A DNA stretch of 64,000 nucleotides from a virus. Taxonomy: Duplodnaviria; Heunggongvirae; Uroviricota; Caudoviricetes. The stretch spans positions 15,648 through 79,647 of IMG/VR virus record IMGVR_UViG_3300049988_000008; one strand, written 5' to 3'. Position numbers and translations under genes: made by a program. The notes under the pieces were generated by a model. That model was given only the letters and a program-made list of their open reading frames with translations. It had not been told where the DNA came from and did no database searches. Of the stretch, positions 21,901 to 27,792 are shown one piece after another. Each line of letters starts with the position of its first letter. Position 1 is the first letter of the stretch.

Positions 21901-23292
21901 CAAGGTGATCTGGTGAACTACCGTTACATGATGAGTCATGCTGCCAAGGACAGTCTGTTGGAACGTGACAACTCGTTCGAACAGATTTTGGGTGTGATGG
22001 CCGGTAACATCTTTGACAAGGAAACGACCAAGGCACATAACGAGACTGCTGTGCAAGCTCTGTACGATCAGTACAAAGGTGACTTCGCTCAGAACGCTGC
22101 GTCGTATTTGGAGATTGGTCCGAACAGCACGGACAAGGAAGCTCGTGAAGTGTGGCGTCTGTTGCCTGAAGCCACTAAAGAATCGGTACGTAACATCTGG
22201 GGCGGTAACTCCATGATGGTTCGCTTCGATATTCTGGACATGAACTTTGGCTACCGTAAGCTCAGTGCTGCATCGCCATTCGGTGTACCAGAAGCAGAGC
22301 GTGACACCTTCCAGAAGATGTACGTGGAAATCCTTGAAGCTGTGTTGGGTAAGAAGGCTGAACTCTACATTCGCCGTGCTGAAGAAGGCTGGCAGGCAGT
22401 GATTGGCGAAGTCAAGGACACGCTGGTTGTGAAGTCAGGCATTACTCTGCTCGGTAACTTCACTTCGAACGTATCTCAGTTGATCTGGTTTGGTGTGCCA
22501 TTGACTGACATCTGGAAACATCATCGTGTTGCATTGAAAGGTGTTACGGCGTATCGACGCGATAGCAAACGACTGGCACAGCTGGAAATGGCTATTCAGT
22601 TGGATAGTCTGCAAGGTCGGGACCGTAAAGAAGCTGAACGGGATATCATTCAGCTGAAAGACGCTCTGGCACGTAATCCTGTGCGTGAACTGGTTGAAGC
22701 TGGACTGATGCCAACTATCGTGGAGGATGTGAGCCAAGAAGATGACAAGTTCTCGTACAAGGGTCAGGCGACCAAGAAGATCGATGAGTTTGTCGGTAGT
22801 CTGAATCCAGTGGTGCTGCAAGCAGGTAAGTATCTGGTGATGGCTCAAGATACTCCGCTGTGCCAAGCTCTGGCTTATGGTACGCAAGTCTCTGACTTCC
22901 TTGCTCGTTATACGCTCCATCAACATCTGCTCACTCGTGAGAAGATGCCACTGAGTGGTGATAAGGCTATTCAGATGGTGAGTGATGCATTCGTGAACTA
23001 CGATGTACCATCGCATCGCACTCTGCAATACGCTAATGACATGGGTCTGGTGTACTTCACCAAGTACTACCTGCGTATCCAGAAGGTGATCGCTATGCTG
23101 TATCAGCAGAACCCTGGACGTGCCATGATGTTGTTGACTGTAGGCCACTTCATCGACTTCCTGCCGATGTTGACCCACAGTGCAATGCTCGGTCGGATCG
23201 GTAATCCGTTCTCGATGGGTGCTTTCGAAGCCTTCGGAGCAATTGAAGAACTGCTCACTGTGAAGACTTTGATGACACCGTTCCGTGACTAA
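12907..23292 (+). CDS. vRNAP: Virion-encapsidated giant RNA polymerase (N4 vRNAP-like)
   Basis: Single 3461-aa ORF. The central region carries T7-like single-subunit RNAP motifs: ...PLTAMVYGSG (K..YG motif B-like) and ILNLHDAHGTG (motif C HD, nt 18469-18474). Size and placement at the end of the virion gene block are diagnostic of Schitoviridae. Confidence 0.8.
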   Translation: MASLDDILNAHLAGQENPATQVNTKYAATPIGQIKTANKLAEIRDAASVKRQQLSDFRAAIAGQTEAYQQQEQANANSWVGKAGLDPDSALGTVVNAGANVVAGASRQLVGAVASLPHTFIAGMNDAALSQDETNAYNNYVQGKATPEEVALLNTKKTTVGAGGMQTSMTPMENAKQGDATRKIARGINDFFDIDSIIHQGSKNKLNAQLGESFEGDSQKVAAGWESLKTGEYGDGAKEMASGLAGLLMNAGEAAIDNPKAVAEYVAQNAPQLAVGAFGTLGRMSMAASNAGYAADYYQKGMEKFSKDNGGKLPSVQDRAEIAGWAASLAVAEQVGDMVGLGVMKPGTKTGAIEAFKNTIKAATQGTMSEAVTEGYQTFAEGQAQGEAASASDIYKGAVIGGLTGGVMSGGVRAIAEATGATPEQATERVQKANDTAIFNEAVQSNNPSVYLTEGQPQYNPAKAVGVLMQHSLKEDTTPEVRMENFMKANEIMDGLNERLDAVKEQLKSDDPAVVTAARQEREMLVAQINEGQPRWDRMFTELNKAFGGEDAGSDAEQTINLSMASTGSLSVEKAQAMAEDTSNDLNEDQRGFLRAFSEARLAYNQAQDMGKVTKTVLEGNAENLGIKQYRQRIGMALAADNAVKAQADLELLTSFATSHAEKAAVAQAGFDKYGEAAQVYKTENGWGYAAPGTYKAAELLNGGGLPVVKPRLLTALKAEAKALAATRDEMTQAVKVKFAPTQKAKAPVASKTPTSAPTAKQLATPDSPSVEQKNTAPSEKVITPPHGKEEARLSSSTPEPVVSTPQNDNKSSNKLKEKVVEYAEYLRNPPDDYTTAKAEAIVKWAKVQQDRVTKALASEEEFSERHTELSDLRDELGLMAKTGETIVSADKEFSAANEPTPTQSLAPSPVSLSPSSVADAPSSVTDTAAVAEPTPAIEALSEKAGKAAKYTQKKLGDLYSQADVALSRVKDLVSNIKKPDDIRTFIEGEALTTEQSVAVRTFTEVAKSWEATITSNLDVRNKPDYNYEDSMQYFIRPDGDIEQNVKTALSYAAFSYVAENFGRTSRNTNSEINAILGRDRDTRVTPDERALLQDTLVSMPALIDSLGQRVVKALGLKANASTPVNELARMQAGLGAHALRLLIDGDTPLLNLKYADLKVINAMRGKGKSFADVSGSDNELTTGFQQEVFLDINRDEERKPTALATKIVEANKGSGSIINKLFAAEDVERPPTFEPVTKLRPFAKRTQQVVPSYLQSIIKKLNAQPNYIRQDKLELLSVVGDDRFLSMMGVKPNTEAVHIAKRDALDAKNEGLRRELDGIKEFVRSNLKGELDKPFFFEHYAMKQQRVGIDNSLVNPQMSKIHRFMVYRDSWKTTVQMNDIENFLLRVAEGMGVKTDKTDKVSALRQVNQKIVSPEVQAGIAAIIKMEAGDVLTDGEKDAIVTAANTGGENAHSLDALVALAQYTKAEQSGATSFDVNMLAEVDGVTNGPMLSHLLMGAAASVDDLYKMLNRGGFYTTEGMQFNDWRAAAGNEDLYETTTRSSLSTLASMVAQGEIDNVLLSNIMNFMGKLEDKETGKIEKAGRNMIKTPLTAMVYGSGIKTAIEGMAADFISNIYSSIEATTKSNDEATHRKNVKAIRAMGIDLDPKTTIKELMELQFSTAEENLLVSHFMESMGKAVEATIRNDFKSLLDNRQKFNATASITFDMYNAAYTAERAKLIDELLASGEIAADGASNAIHDLTPAQEKILNERIAAVTPVLQTAMSNLSGAPANNTGMLVASSKMQPAKSLPYKAVVRYAKGFKTMNGKTAKNLTAYGRNKVNTDPGVGLGATSTHSFDSAVSHSAIAGKEILNLHDAHGTGAHELVAAGKRLNKAVWDRAMEYSPAQEMYDSYMRTIRGMSELLKTGTDSMKAQLASSLVAKSAKSAVWNPETKRRSAPIPAETILMVRGIEAKRLAFEADSIKFGAMAQMQSIAQYAVEGGNYNVKETDRAAAQAKLDALTAQMPEADLTVVQQVQDQLKDYIEAATLDAAERAKEKNQTKREKRVSDFGTVGKPIVTSDVALSNWMRKNPNTSVAQLAGFLRTQKMDDFQGKLLASLVRALGDRATNYRVRLISKDSAVSDVLERPLGAAHAWFVSKDGKNEMYFLSPDFKESGITTESVLHELTHAAVAHAIANPTAETKPLVDELEAIRVEAARIIEDGKITALQPAVESVQELVAYGMTNPAFQGVLASMKHSTKNAENKWVSGLKAFIDTLVKLVFKRDSDVASNGLTSLITNVSGLMAASANSRASRGYINQSMAAQPSLASLNGEEMYDALATLGTTRLNPEFDASIRNTLNKMELSVHFPLAAMKQAVQATAAQSPTELWRDMKDANVAMFAKSALSSGFNFTEQEAFALEQVEATIRVALTTKDGSTSALYRELATLYRDARNELKSKVATFHPNAKQAQALYDFVFKMEPGMGDQSDYLSRFAALGLVNHEFAELLNFDTPVSNSNLTGMPFGEKLHIMFERFLEWINQRATNTFKGQKADEKLNALVDQLVHIEQRKRMKLAQSVGVATDAFEGMFRTGAETIRKTAEAVGQSDFFKNSTNGVVRLTGRITTLVANDRVDEYLSALQKFRDQTMKERQGLLMGTVNEARGSTLANAIFHKLLRISKHNEGIRKDLIGNTTTFVMNSFADGGKYLGDQAKKAISYGIMRTDVVALMPHFDIDGIRALFDNKAELTKAIDKFETDLAGLGSKHTMSYLNGAKALGLYLATGEVGAENLRLNAENIAGMLGTDQAGKLNQSDIDAATAILDPLVSLYAISMLHKSHVEALKAVFAEEGKRPKGQNGIEAVLKLHKDLQQQSKDRLFQAAGALRMKGYTPEIYNPYIRLEVASVHDSAKLEERGFSIGHKLQMDDADPTKSNDMHIYSLRDGGMVQYLTGVFSYTGSRKRGTATHNGDLGLLSTTGIMNRKKMNVIEAQQQRGIATQARRPIDPQKDAFNKNFLVPVFNGQGDLVNYRYMMSHAAKDSLLERDNSFEQILGVMAGNIFDKETTKAHNETAVQALYDQYKGDFAQNAASYLEIGPNSTDKEAREVWRLLPEATKESVRNIWGGNSMMVRFDILDMNFGYRKLSAASPFGVPEAERDTFQKMYVEILEAVLGKKAELYIRRAEEGWQAVIGEVKDTLVVKSGITLLGNFTSNVSQLIWFGVPLTDIWKHHRVALKGVTAYRRDSKRLAQLEMAIQLDSLQGRDRKEAERDIIQLKDALARNPVRELVEAGLMPTIVEDVSQEDDKFSYKGQATKKIDEFVGSLNPVVLQAGKYLVMAQDTPLCQALAYGTQVSDFLARYTLHQHLLTREKMPLSGDKAIQMVSDAFVNYDVPSHRTLQYANDMGLVYFTKYYLRIQKVIAMLYQQNPGRAMMLLTVGHFIDFLPMLTHSAMLGRIGNPFSMGAFEAFGAIEELLTVKTLMTPFRD

Positions 23293-23657
23293 ACATTGTT
23301 GACCATGAGGTACATGCTGGGAGGAACACTTCCTGGCATGTGCTGATATCCACGACGTTCAAGGAACGGGATCAGTCGTTCTTCAAGAATGCTTTCAACG
23401 AACACAGCATCGAATTCATTCTTCTTGGCTTCAGCTTCAGCTGTATTCAGCCACTCAGTGAAACGACCTTCACCACGATATTCATGGTGGACTTCGATAT
23501 TGGCGACATCGAATGTTTGTTGAAAGCCAGTAGTACCAGGCAATCTACGGGATGCCTTACGTACATACACCCGGATGTATGGGTGATTGATCCATTGATT
23601 CGGTAAGTATCCCTGAATAAACTTATGGATCATGGTGGAATACGGAATGTGTACCAT
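23289..23657 (-). CDS. GNAT-family acetyltransferase-like protein
   Basis: The sequence HHEYRGEGRFTEWLN...FDAVFVESI..ERLIPFLERRGY resembles the GNAT acetyl-CoA-binding core. The chosen ATG at 23657 has GGAG 7 nt upstream. The gene is convergent with vRNAP and overlaps it by 4 nt. Confidence 0.4.
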   Translation of the reverse strand: MVHIPYSTMIHKFIQGYLPNQWINHPYIRVYVRKASRRLPGTTGFQQTFDVANIEVHHEYRGEGRFTEWLNTAEAEAKKNEFDAVFVESILEERLIPFLERRGYQHMPGSVPPSMYLMVNNV

Positions 23658-23672
23658 TGAAAGCTCCAATAG

Positions 23673-23693
23673 AAAAAGCCACCCGAAGGTGGC
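23673..23693 (-). terminator. Intrinsic terminator downstream of the tRNA cluster (minus strand)
   Basis: Minus strand GCCACC-uucg-GGUGGC (UUCG tetraloop) followed by UUUUU. It lies 10 nt after the tRNA-Gln 3' end. Confidence 0.65.
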
Positions 23694-23702
23694 TTATGAA
23701 TT

Positions 23703-23778
23703 TGGCAGGGAGTACAGGATTCGAACCTGTGATGTCGGGATCAAAACCCGATGCCTTAACCAGCTTGGCGAACTCCCG
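23703..23778 (-). tRNA. tRNA-Gln (anticodon UUG), with CCA encoded
   Basis: Manual fold gives an acceptor cgggagu/acuccc-u-g-CCA, D arm gcc/ggc, a perfect anticodon stem ucggg/cccga with loop uuUUGau, and a T arm cagg-UUCGAAU-ccug. It is nearly collinear with E. coli tRNA-Gln. Confidence 0.8.
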
Positions 23779-23786
23779 ATTGATCT

Positions 23787-23873
23787 TGGTGGGCAGGGAA
23801 GGAATCGAACCTTCGGTGTTTCTGGTGTCACTGATTTACAGTCAGCTGGCTTCGCCGCTCGCCACACCTACCC
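23787..23873 (-). tRNA. tRNA-Tyr (anticodon GUA), class II with a long variable arm, CCA encoded
   Basis: Acceptor ggguagg/ccugccc (one G.U pair). D stem uggc/gcca. Anticodon stem gcuga/ucagu with loop cuGUAaa. Variable arm is 14 nt. T arm gaagg-UUCGAUU-ccuuc. 3' end is A-CCA. Confidence 0.7.
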
Positions 23874-23900
23874 GGAGAAAGGAATATACATTAGTAAGAC

Positions 23901-24005
23901 AAAGAGTGCAAGATTCGAACTTGCGTACAGGGATCACGTATTGGCTTGCAGAGCCACGTCCTGCTTGTATCTGCGTCAGGTTTCAGGCCACTCACCCAAC
24001 TCTTT
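23901..24005 (-). ncRNA. Atypical 105-nt tRNA-like element
   Basis: Canonical T arm gcaag-UUCGAAU-cuugc. A perfect 7-bp acceptor-type pairing aaagagu/acucuuu lies 105 nt apart, but there is ~74 nt between the acceptor and the T arm. That is too long for any standard tRNA class. An internal long imperfect hairpin caggacguggc-ucugcaa-gccaauacgu..ccug is present. Confidence 0.4.
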
Positions 24006-24088
24006 GGTCCCTCGTTTCGTGAGGGTAACGGCTACAGGCATGCGACGACATGGAAACTGTAGCACCGTTCTCTGGGAGAGAATACTGA

Positions 24089-24159
24089 TGGAGGATATGG
24101 GAATCGAACCCATGACAATGGCTTAGGAGTCCACCGCTCTACCTCTGAGCTAATCCCCC
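24089..24159 (-). tRNA. tRNA-Arg (anticodon CCU). No CCA is encoded.
   Basis: Acceptor gggggau/auccucc (one G.U). D arm gcuc-agaggua-gagc. Anticodon stem gugga/gccau has an A.G mismatch at the 31:39 position. Loop is cuCCUaa. T arm augggUUCGAUUcccau. Confidence 0.6.
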
Positions 24160-24275
24160 CTAATCTGACAGGACATTACGCCACGTCCATGTCCCCCTGA
24201 GTGCACGTCCGGCTTAACGCAATGCCCTGACAGATTAGTCCCCCGTAACGTGGGGGATACGTACTGCATCTACTT

Positions 24276-24422
24276 CCTGAGCCATTGAATGGTTTCGTGG
24301 AAGAGAAATCCTATCATAAACATCACACAGAGGATGCCACCAAGGACTGCGCCTGCGATGGCTATACCTACCAGTGCTGCTCCTACCATCAGGATCAGGA
24401 GTAGATAGGCAACTATCAGCAT
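24276..24422 (-). CDS. Small hydrophobic membrane peptide (48 aa)
   Basis: Sequence MLIVAYLLLILMVGAALVGIAIAGAVLGGILCVMFMIGFLFHETIQWLRK has two predicted transmembrane segments. It starts 6 nt after the upstream stop, consistent with coupling. It is below the 60-aa ORF-track cutoff. Confidence 0.35.
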
Positions 24423-24428
24423 CGCTGA

Positions 24429-24842
24429 TTAGTTGAAGATGCCACCAGTGGTAGCTGGTTTCGCATCGGCCTTGACCTGTTCGACTTCAGCCGCATCGGT
24501 ATCGAGTGCTGGGTCTTCAGCCGGGATCAGCGGCTCGGTGCTGGCCGGGACTTCTGGCTTCACGTCAGGCGTTGGCGTATCAGCTGCCGTCAGTGGCAGG
24601 TTCACGACATCAGCCGACTTGACTGGATCGGCGTCACGGTCGGTATAGCCCGGCACTTCGACATCAGTCGAATCGGTGATCGACAGGTTGGCAACCAGTG
24701 CATTGGCACCACGACCCATGCTGAACTGAACGTTCAGGTTCTTGCCGGTCAGGTTGATGCCAATCTTTTCGCTCACGAATGCGCGAACTGCCGACTCGAT
24801 TTCTGCGTGTTTCAGTTGGATGTCCATTTTCTTTTCTTTCAT
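24429..24842 (-). CDS. Hypothetical protein with a Pro/Thr/Asp/Glu-rich acidic tail
   Basis: 137-aa ORF. The ATG follows 'aggcagcaacaac'. The N-terminal half appears structured and the C-terminal half is acidic and low-complexity. Confidence 0.45.
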   Translation of the reverse strand: MKEKKMDIQLKHAEIESAVRAFVSEKIGINLTGKNLNVQFSMGRGANALVANLSITDSTDVEVPGYTDRDADPVKSADVVNLPLTAADTPTPDVKPEVPASTEPLIPAEDPALDTDAAEVEQVKADAKPATTGGIFN

Positions 24843-24853
24843 GTTGTTGCTGC

Positions 24854-25441
24854 CTATCGAATGAAGGTCAGCAGTTGTTGAAATTGCTGGCTTGCAATAC
24901 CAGCGACAATTGCGCCAGTAGCATCAGCCATGTGTTCGGCTTTGCCTTCCACTACGGACTGCACGCCTTTCTCTGTCTTCATGGGCCACGGAGCAGTAGG
25001 GAACCGCTTCATTGCCCAGTCGATCACTTCCCGCTTGGTAGTCTTAGTCTTCTTGCCAACTGTAGCAGCTTTAACATCTGCTTCAGACAGTTCAAAGAAA
25101 CTAATTTCCTGTGCACGTATGGCACCCAAGATACCAATACAGATTCCATATGAAGCCGCAGCACGAGCACTTTGGCTTCCATGGGGTACTTCAACAAACA
25201 CGGCCTTGGCACCGGCCATGAATTGTGTTGCAGCTTTTGCCAACTGTTGTGCAGCTGACAGGTCTTTGCTGTTGTTGCGGACAGACTTGCCTTCCTCAAT
25301 TACAGCTTGGATCACATCAAATTGAGTGATGTCCAACTGGCCGCTGTGGGGATAGTAAGTCCCTTTGGCCAGTCCCCAGTTGCGCAGTGATGGGTCCATA
25401 CCCACCACTGTTATCGCATCAGTTTCCCGACGCGTCAGCAT
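24854..25441 (-). CDS. RuvC-like Holliday junction resolvase
   Basis: VVGMDPSLRNWGLA (catalytic Asp near the N-terminus), FVEVPHGSQSARAAASYG, and a C-terminal EHMADATGAIVAG. This is the RuvC/YqgF fold signature pattern D...E...D/H. Confidence 0.55.
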   Translation of the reverse strand: MLTRRETDAITVVGMDPSLRNWGLAKGTYYPHSGQLDITQFDVIQAVIEEGKSVRNNSKDLSAAQQLAKAATQFMAGAKAVFVEVPHGSQSARAAASYGICIGILGAIRAQEISFFELSEADVKAATVGKKTKTTKREVIDWAMKRFPTAPWPMKTEKGVQSVVEGKAEHMADATGAIVAGIASQQFQQLLTFIR

Positions 25442-25791
25442 CAGTCTTGACCCAGTTCATTGCCAATGACTTCGGCCATGTCCGGTACTGGGGTTGTCGA
25501 AACGACGAATGGCAGCGATTCGATTTCCGCAATGGCTGCATTGAGTGCACCCTGGAAACCTTTCATGCCATCACCTTTCAGCTTGACCTTGGTTTCACTG
25601 CCATCGTTTTCGATGAGAGTGATCAGGGTGCCGAATGGGATTTCACGCAGATTGCGCAGACGGGCAAGCATACCTGCATGCCAGTGCGTAATCATGGCGG
25701 CGAACTGATCAACGCTTTGTACGTCAACCATTTCATCGATCATTGGTTGCAGTGGATGTTCTGCTGCTGTTTGATCTTGATCAGACATTGT
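25441..25791 (-). CDS. Hypothetical protein
   Basis: 117 aa, counted from the internal ATG (MSDQDQ...). The longer ORF 25441..25950 overlaps the upstream gene. Confidence 0.4.
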   Translation of the reverse strand, partial: TMSDQDQTAAEHPLQPMIDEMVDVQSVDQFAAMITHWHAGMLARLRNLREIPFGTLITLIENDGSETKVKLKGDGMKGFQGALNAAIAEIESLPFVVSTTPVPDMAEVIGNELGQD

Positions 25792-26059
25792 TCGTCTCCT
25801 TAAAGAGAGCGTAGCCTTCCAGCACCCACAGTTGATCACGAGCTTTGGCGAATGCTTCTTTCTTCGCAAGATTGATGCCATAGGTGGCATCGAATGCTGC
25901 GGGATCGACACAAGCCGAATGCCCGGTGGCGACATAGAACTTATCGTCAAGGAACAGATGAACGAACGTGCTGGTCGTACCAGCAGGTTGGCTCACACGG
26001 GTAACCAGTCGCTGCATGAGCGAATCGATGCGTTCAGGTGTTACGCGAATATCAGTCAT
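25781..26059 (-). CDS. Hypothetical protein
   Basis: 92-aa ORF. ATG is preceded by 'aagcag'. Confidence 0.4.
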   Translation of the reverse strand: MTDIRVTPERIDSLMQRLVTRVSQPAGTTSTFVHLFLDDKFYVATGHSACVDPAAFDATYGINLAKKEAFAKARDQLWVLEGYALFKETNNV

Positions 26060-26129
26060 GAACTGCTTTCATTCAGAGATAAAAAACCACTCCCGAAGGA
26101 GTGGTACTGCTACTACAGCCAGCGATTGC

Positions 26130-26891
26130 TTAGTTGAACAACGAAGCCGTTGGCTTGCCACCAGCTGCTGCTGGCTTGCCTGCCGATGGAGCACCGGTTT
26201 TGGCTTTGCCGCCACCAGTTTTGTCGCGGACTTTGCCGGTGTTGGCTTTGTCCCACGTATCGAAGAACGATGCGACCACGGTGTCGTCCTGCTTCTTCGC
26301 CATGATTTCCGAAGTGGTCATCTTGTCGAATTGCTCGTGACCGCAGAAGAACTTGTCGATGTCGTTTTCGAAACGAGTGCCATCGACTGGATCGTACTGG
26401 CCGGTCGCTTCGTTCTTGGCGGTCTTCTGAACTTCTTGCTTGATCAGACCGACGTAGATGCGCTTACCCATCAGACCGGTTGCAACTTCCACCTTGGTAG
26501 GCACTTCACCTTTGGCTTCGTAGTTGTACAGCGCGATGGTCTTGGTTTCCGTTTCGACTTCGAACAATGGAACACCAGCGGTCAGCATCGCCAGCGAGTT
26601 CGCCATGTTGAAGCCAGGCAGGTAGAACTTCTCGCCGTCTTTTTCGTAGTAGTGCTTGTTGCCCTTGCTGTCACCACCGGTGACGTACATGGCTTGAGTG
26701 ATTTCCTTGCCATCATCAGTTCCGATGGTCAGGAACAGGCCCAGTGCGCCGCTTTTGGACTTTTGCAGGTAGGCCAGATTGATGGTGCCGGGATAGATGC
26801 CGGAGTCGTAGACTGGCTTACCGCCGCCAACGGAATCCTTTTCTTCGCCTTTGACATCATCTTGTGGTTTGAGGTTGGAGAGTAGAGACAT
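26130..26891 (-). CDS. Putative single-stranded DNA-binding protein (N4 gp45-like position)
   Basis: 253 aa with a Gly/Lys/Ala-rich flexible C-terminal tail ending ...GGKPTASLFN. It sits adjacent to a Sak4-like ATPase in the replication module. Confidence 0.4.
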   Translation of the reverse strand: MSLLSNLKPQDDVKGEEKDSVGGGKPVYDSGIYPGTINLAYLQKSKSGALGLFLTIGTDDGKEITQAMYVTGGDSKGNKHYYEKDGEKFYLPGFNMANSLAMLTAGVPLFEVETETKTIALYNYEAKGEVPTKVEVATGLMGKRIYVGLIKQEVQKTAKNEATGQYDPVDGTRFENDIDKFFCGHEQFDKMTTSEIMAKKQDDTVVASFFDTWDKANTGKVRDKTGGGKAKTGAPSAGKPAAAGGKPTASLFN

Positions 26892-26999
26892 AGTGTTGCC
26901 TTTCAGATGGTTGTTTTACTTCGGGGGTGTTCAGCGAGACTCAACGAACGTTGAACCAAGCTGAACAGTTTAGTGCAGGGACTACGTGTGAGCAATCAC

Positions 27000-27740
27000 T
27001 TACGCGTAGTATTCGTGCAGACGGTTGAGCAAGAACTGCACATTGTTGTCAATGAACGTCTCTTTGTCGTCCCACATGCCCATTGGACCACGCAGGCGCT
27101 CGCCCACAGTGTCTTTGGTCAGGTTGACTTGGAAGACGTGCTTGTAGCCCAATGCACGTTCACGATCAGTGATGATCAGCAGGGGATTCTCGTATACAGC
27201 CAAATCCTTGATTGCCATTTTCTTGGTGGCAACAACTTGGCTGAAGAACGATTCGATACCCTTACCTTTCAGTGCACCTTTGACTGGGACTTTCGTCTCC
27301 ATGATCATGTCAGTTGCATTGTGTTCATCGACGGTGTGTGCCAAGAAGATGACGTTCTTGGACGACCGTGCAACGTACTGCTGCATCAGGTTCTGGAAGT
27401 ACTGAGCATACGCTCCCCACTGCTGTTGGGTGTTGGCCGAACCGATGACGTGCACCGATTCGAACATATCCATCAGGTAGGTCTGCGTGTCGATCACGAT
27501 GGTGTGATACTTGGATTGCTCTGGCTTCTCAGCCCAGTCAAACATTTCGTACAGCTGATACGGATCAGTGATGACGAACTGCTTGAACTTGGATTTGAAT
27601 GGCAGCTTCTTGCCAGCTTCACAGTTGGCGTAAATGACACCTTCAGGTTCATCGAAGCCCATCAGCGAAGCCGATTTACCGGTTGCTGATTTGCCGACGA
27701 TCATGATGAGGTTGTCATTGACTTGTTGTGTTTGAGCCAT
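27000..27740 (-). CDS. P-loop ATPase, Sak4/AAA_24-like (recombination-associated)
   Basis: Walker A IMIVGKSATGKSASL at the N-terminus and Walker B-like TIVIDTQ. The ~246-aa size fits phage Sak4-type ATPases. Confidence 0.5.
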   Translation of the reverse strand: MAQTQQVNDNLIMIVGKSATGKSASLMGFDEPEGVIYANCEAGKKLPFKSKFKQFVITDPYQLYEMFDWAEKPEQSKYHTIVIDTQTYLMDMFESVHVIGSANTQQQWGAYAQYFQNLMQQYVARSSKNVIFLAHTVDEHNATDMIMETKVPVKGALKGKGIESFFSQVVATKKMAIKDLAVYENPLLIITDRERALGYKHVFQVNLTKDTVGERLRGPMGMWDDKETFIDNNVQFLLNRLHEYYA

Positions 27741-27792
27741 GGTTTCCTTTCGAGGATATTTTTAACAGTTCGCGGGAGCGAGCGGAGCCGCC

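Noticed and set aside
13558-22056. Several long minus-strand ORFs antisense to the vRNAP gene (e.g. 19402..22056 at 884 aa, 16882..18435 at 517 aa, 14251..15327 at 358 aa)
   Set aside because: All are nested in the single 10.4-kb vRNAP ORF, which carries recognisable polymerase motifs. Their products are Cys/His/Arg/Trp-rich nonsense-like sequences. Such antisense ORFs are expected by chance in a long gene with biased codon usage.
23307-23334. Hairpin CATGCTGGGAGG-aacact-TCCTGGCATG in the vRNAP/GNAT convergent overlap, considered as a bidirectional terminator
   Set aside because: It lies inside the GNAT coding sequence and has no U-tract on either strand. It may still be a structural element, but it was not called as a terminator.
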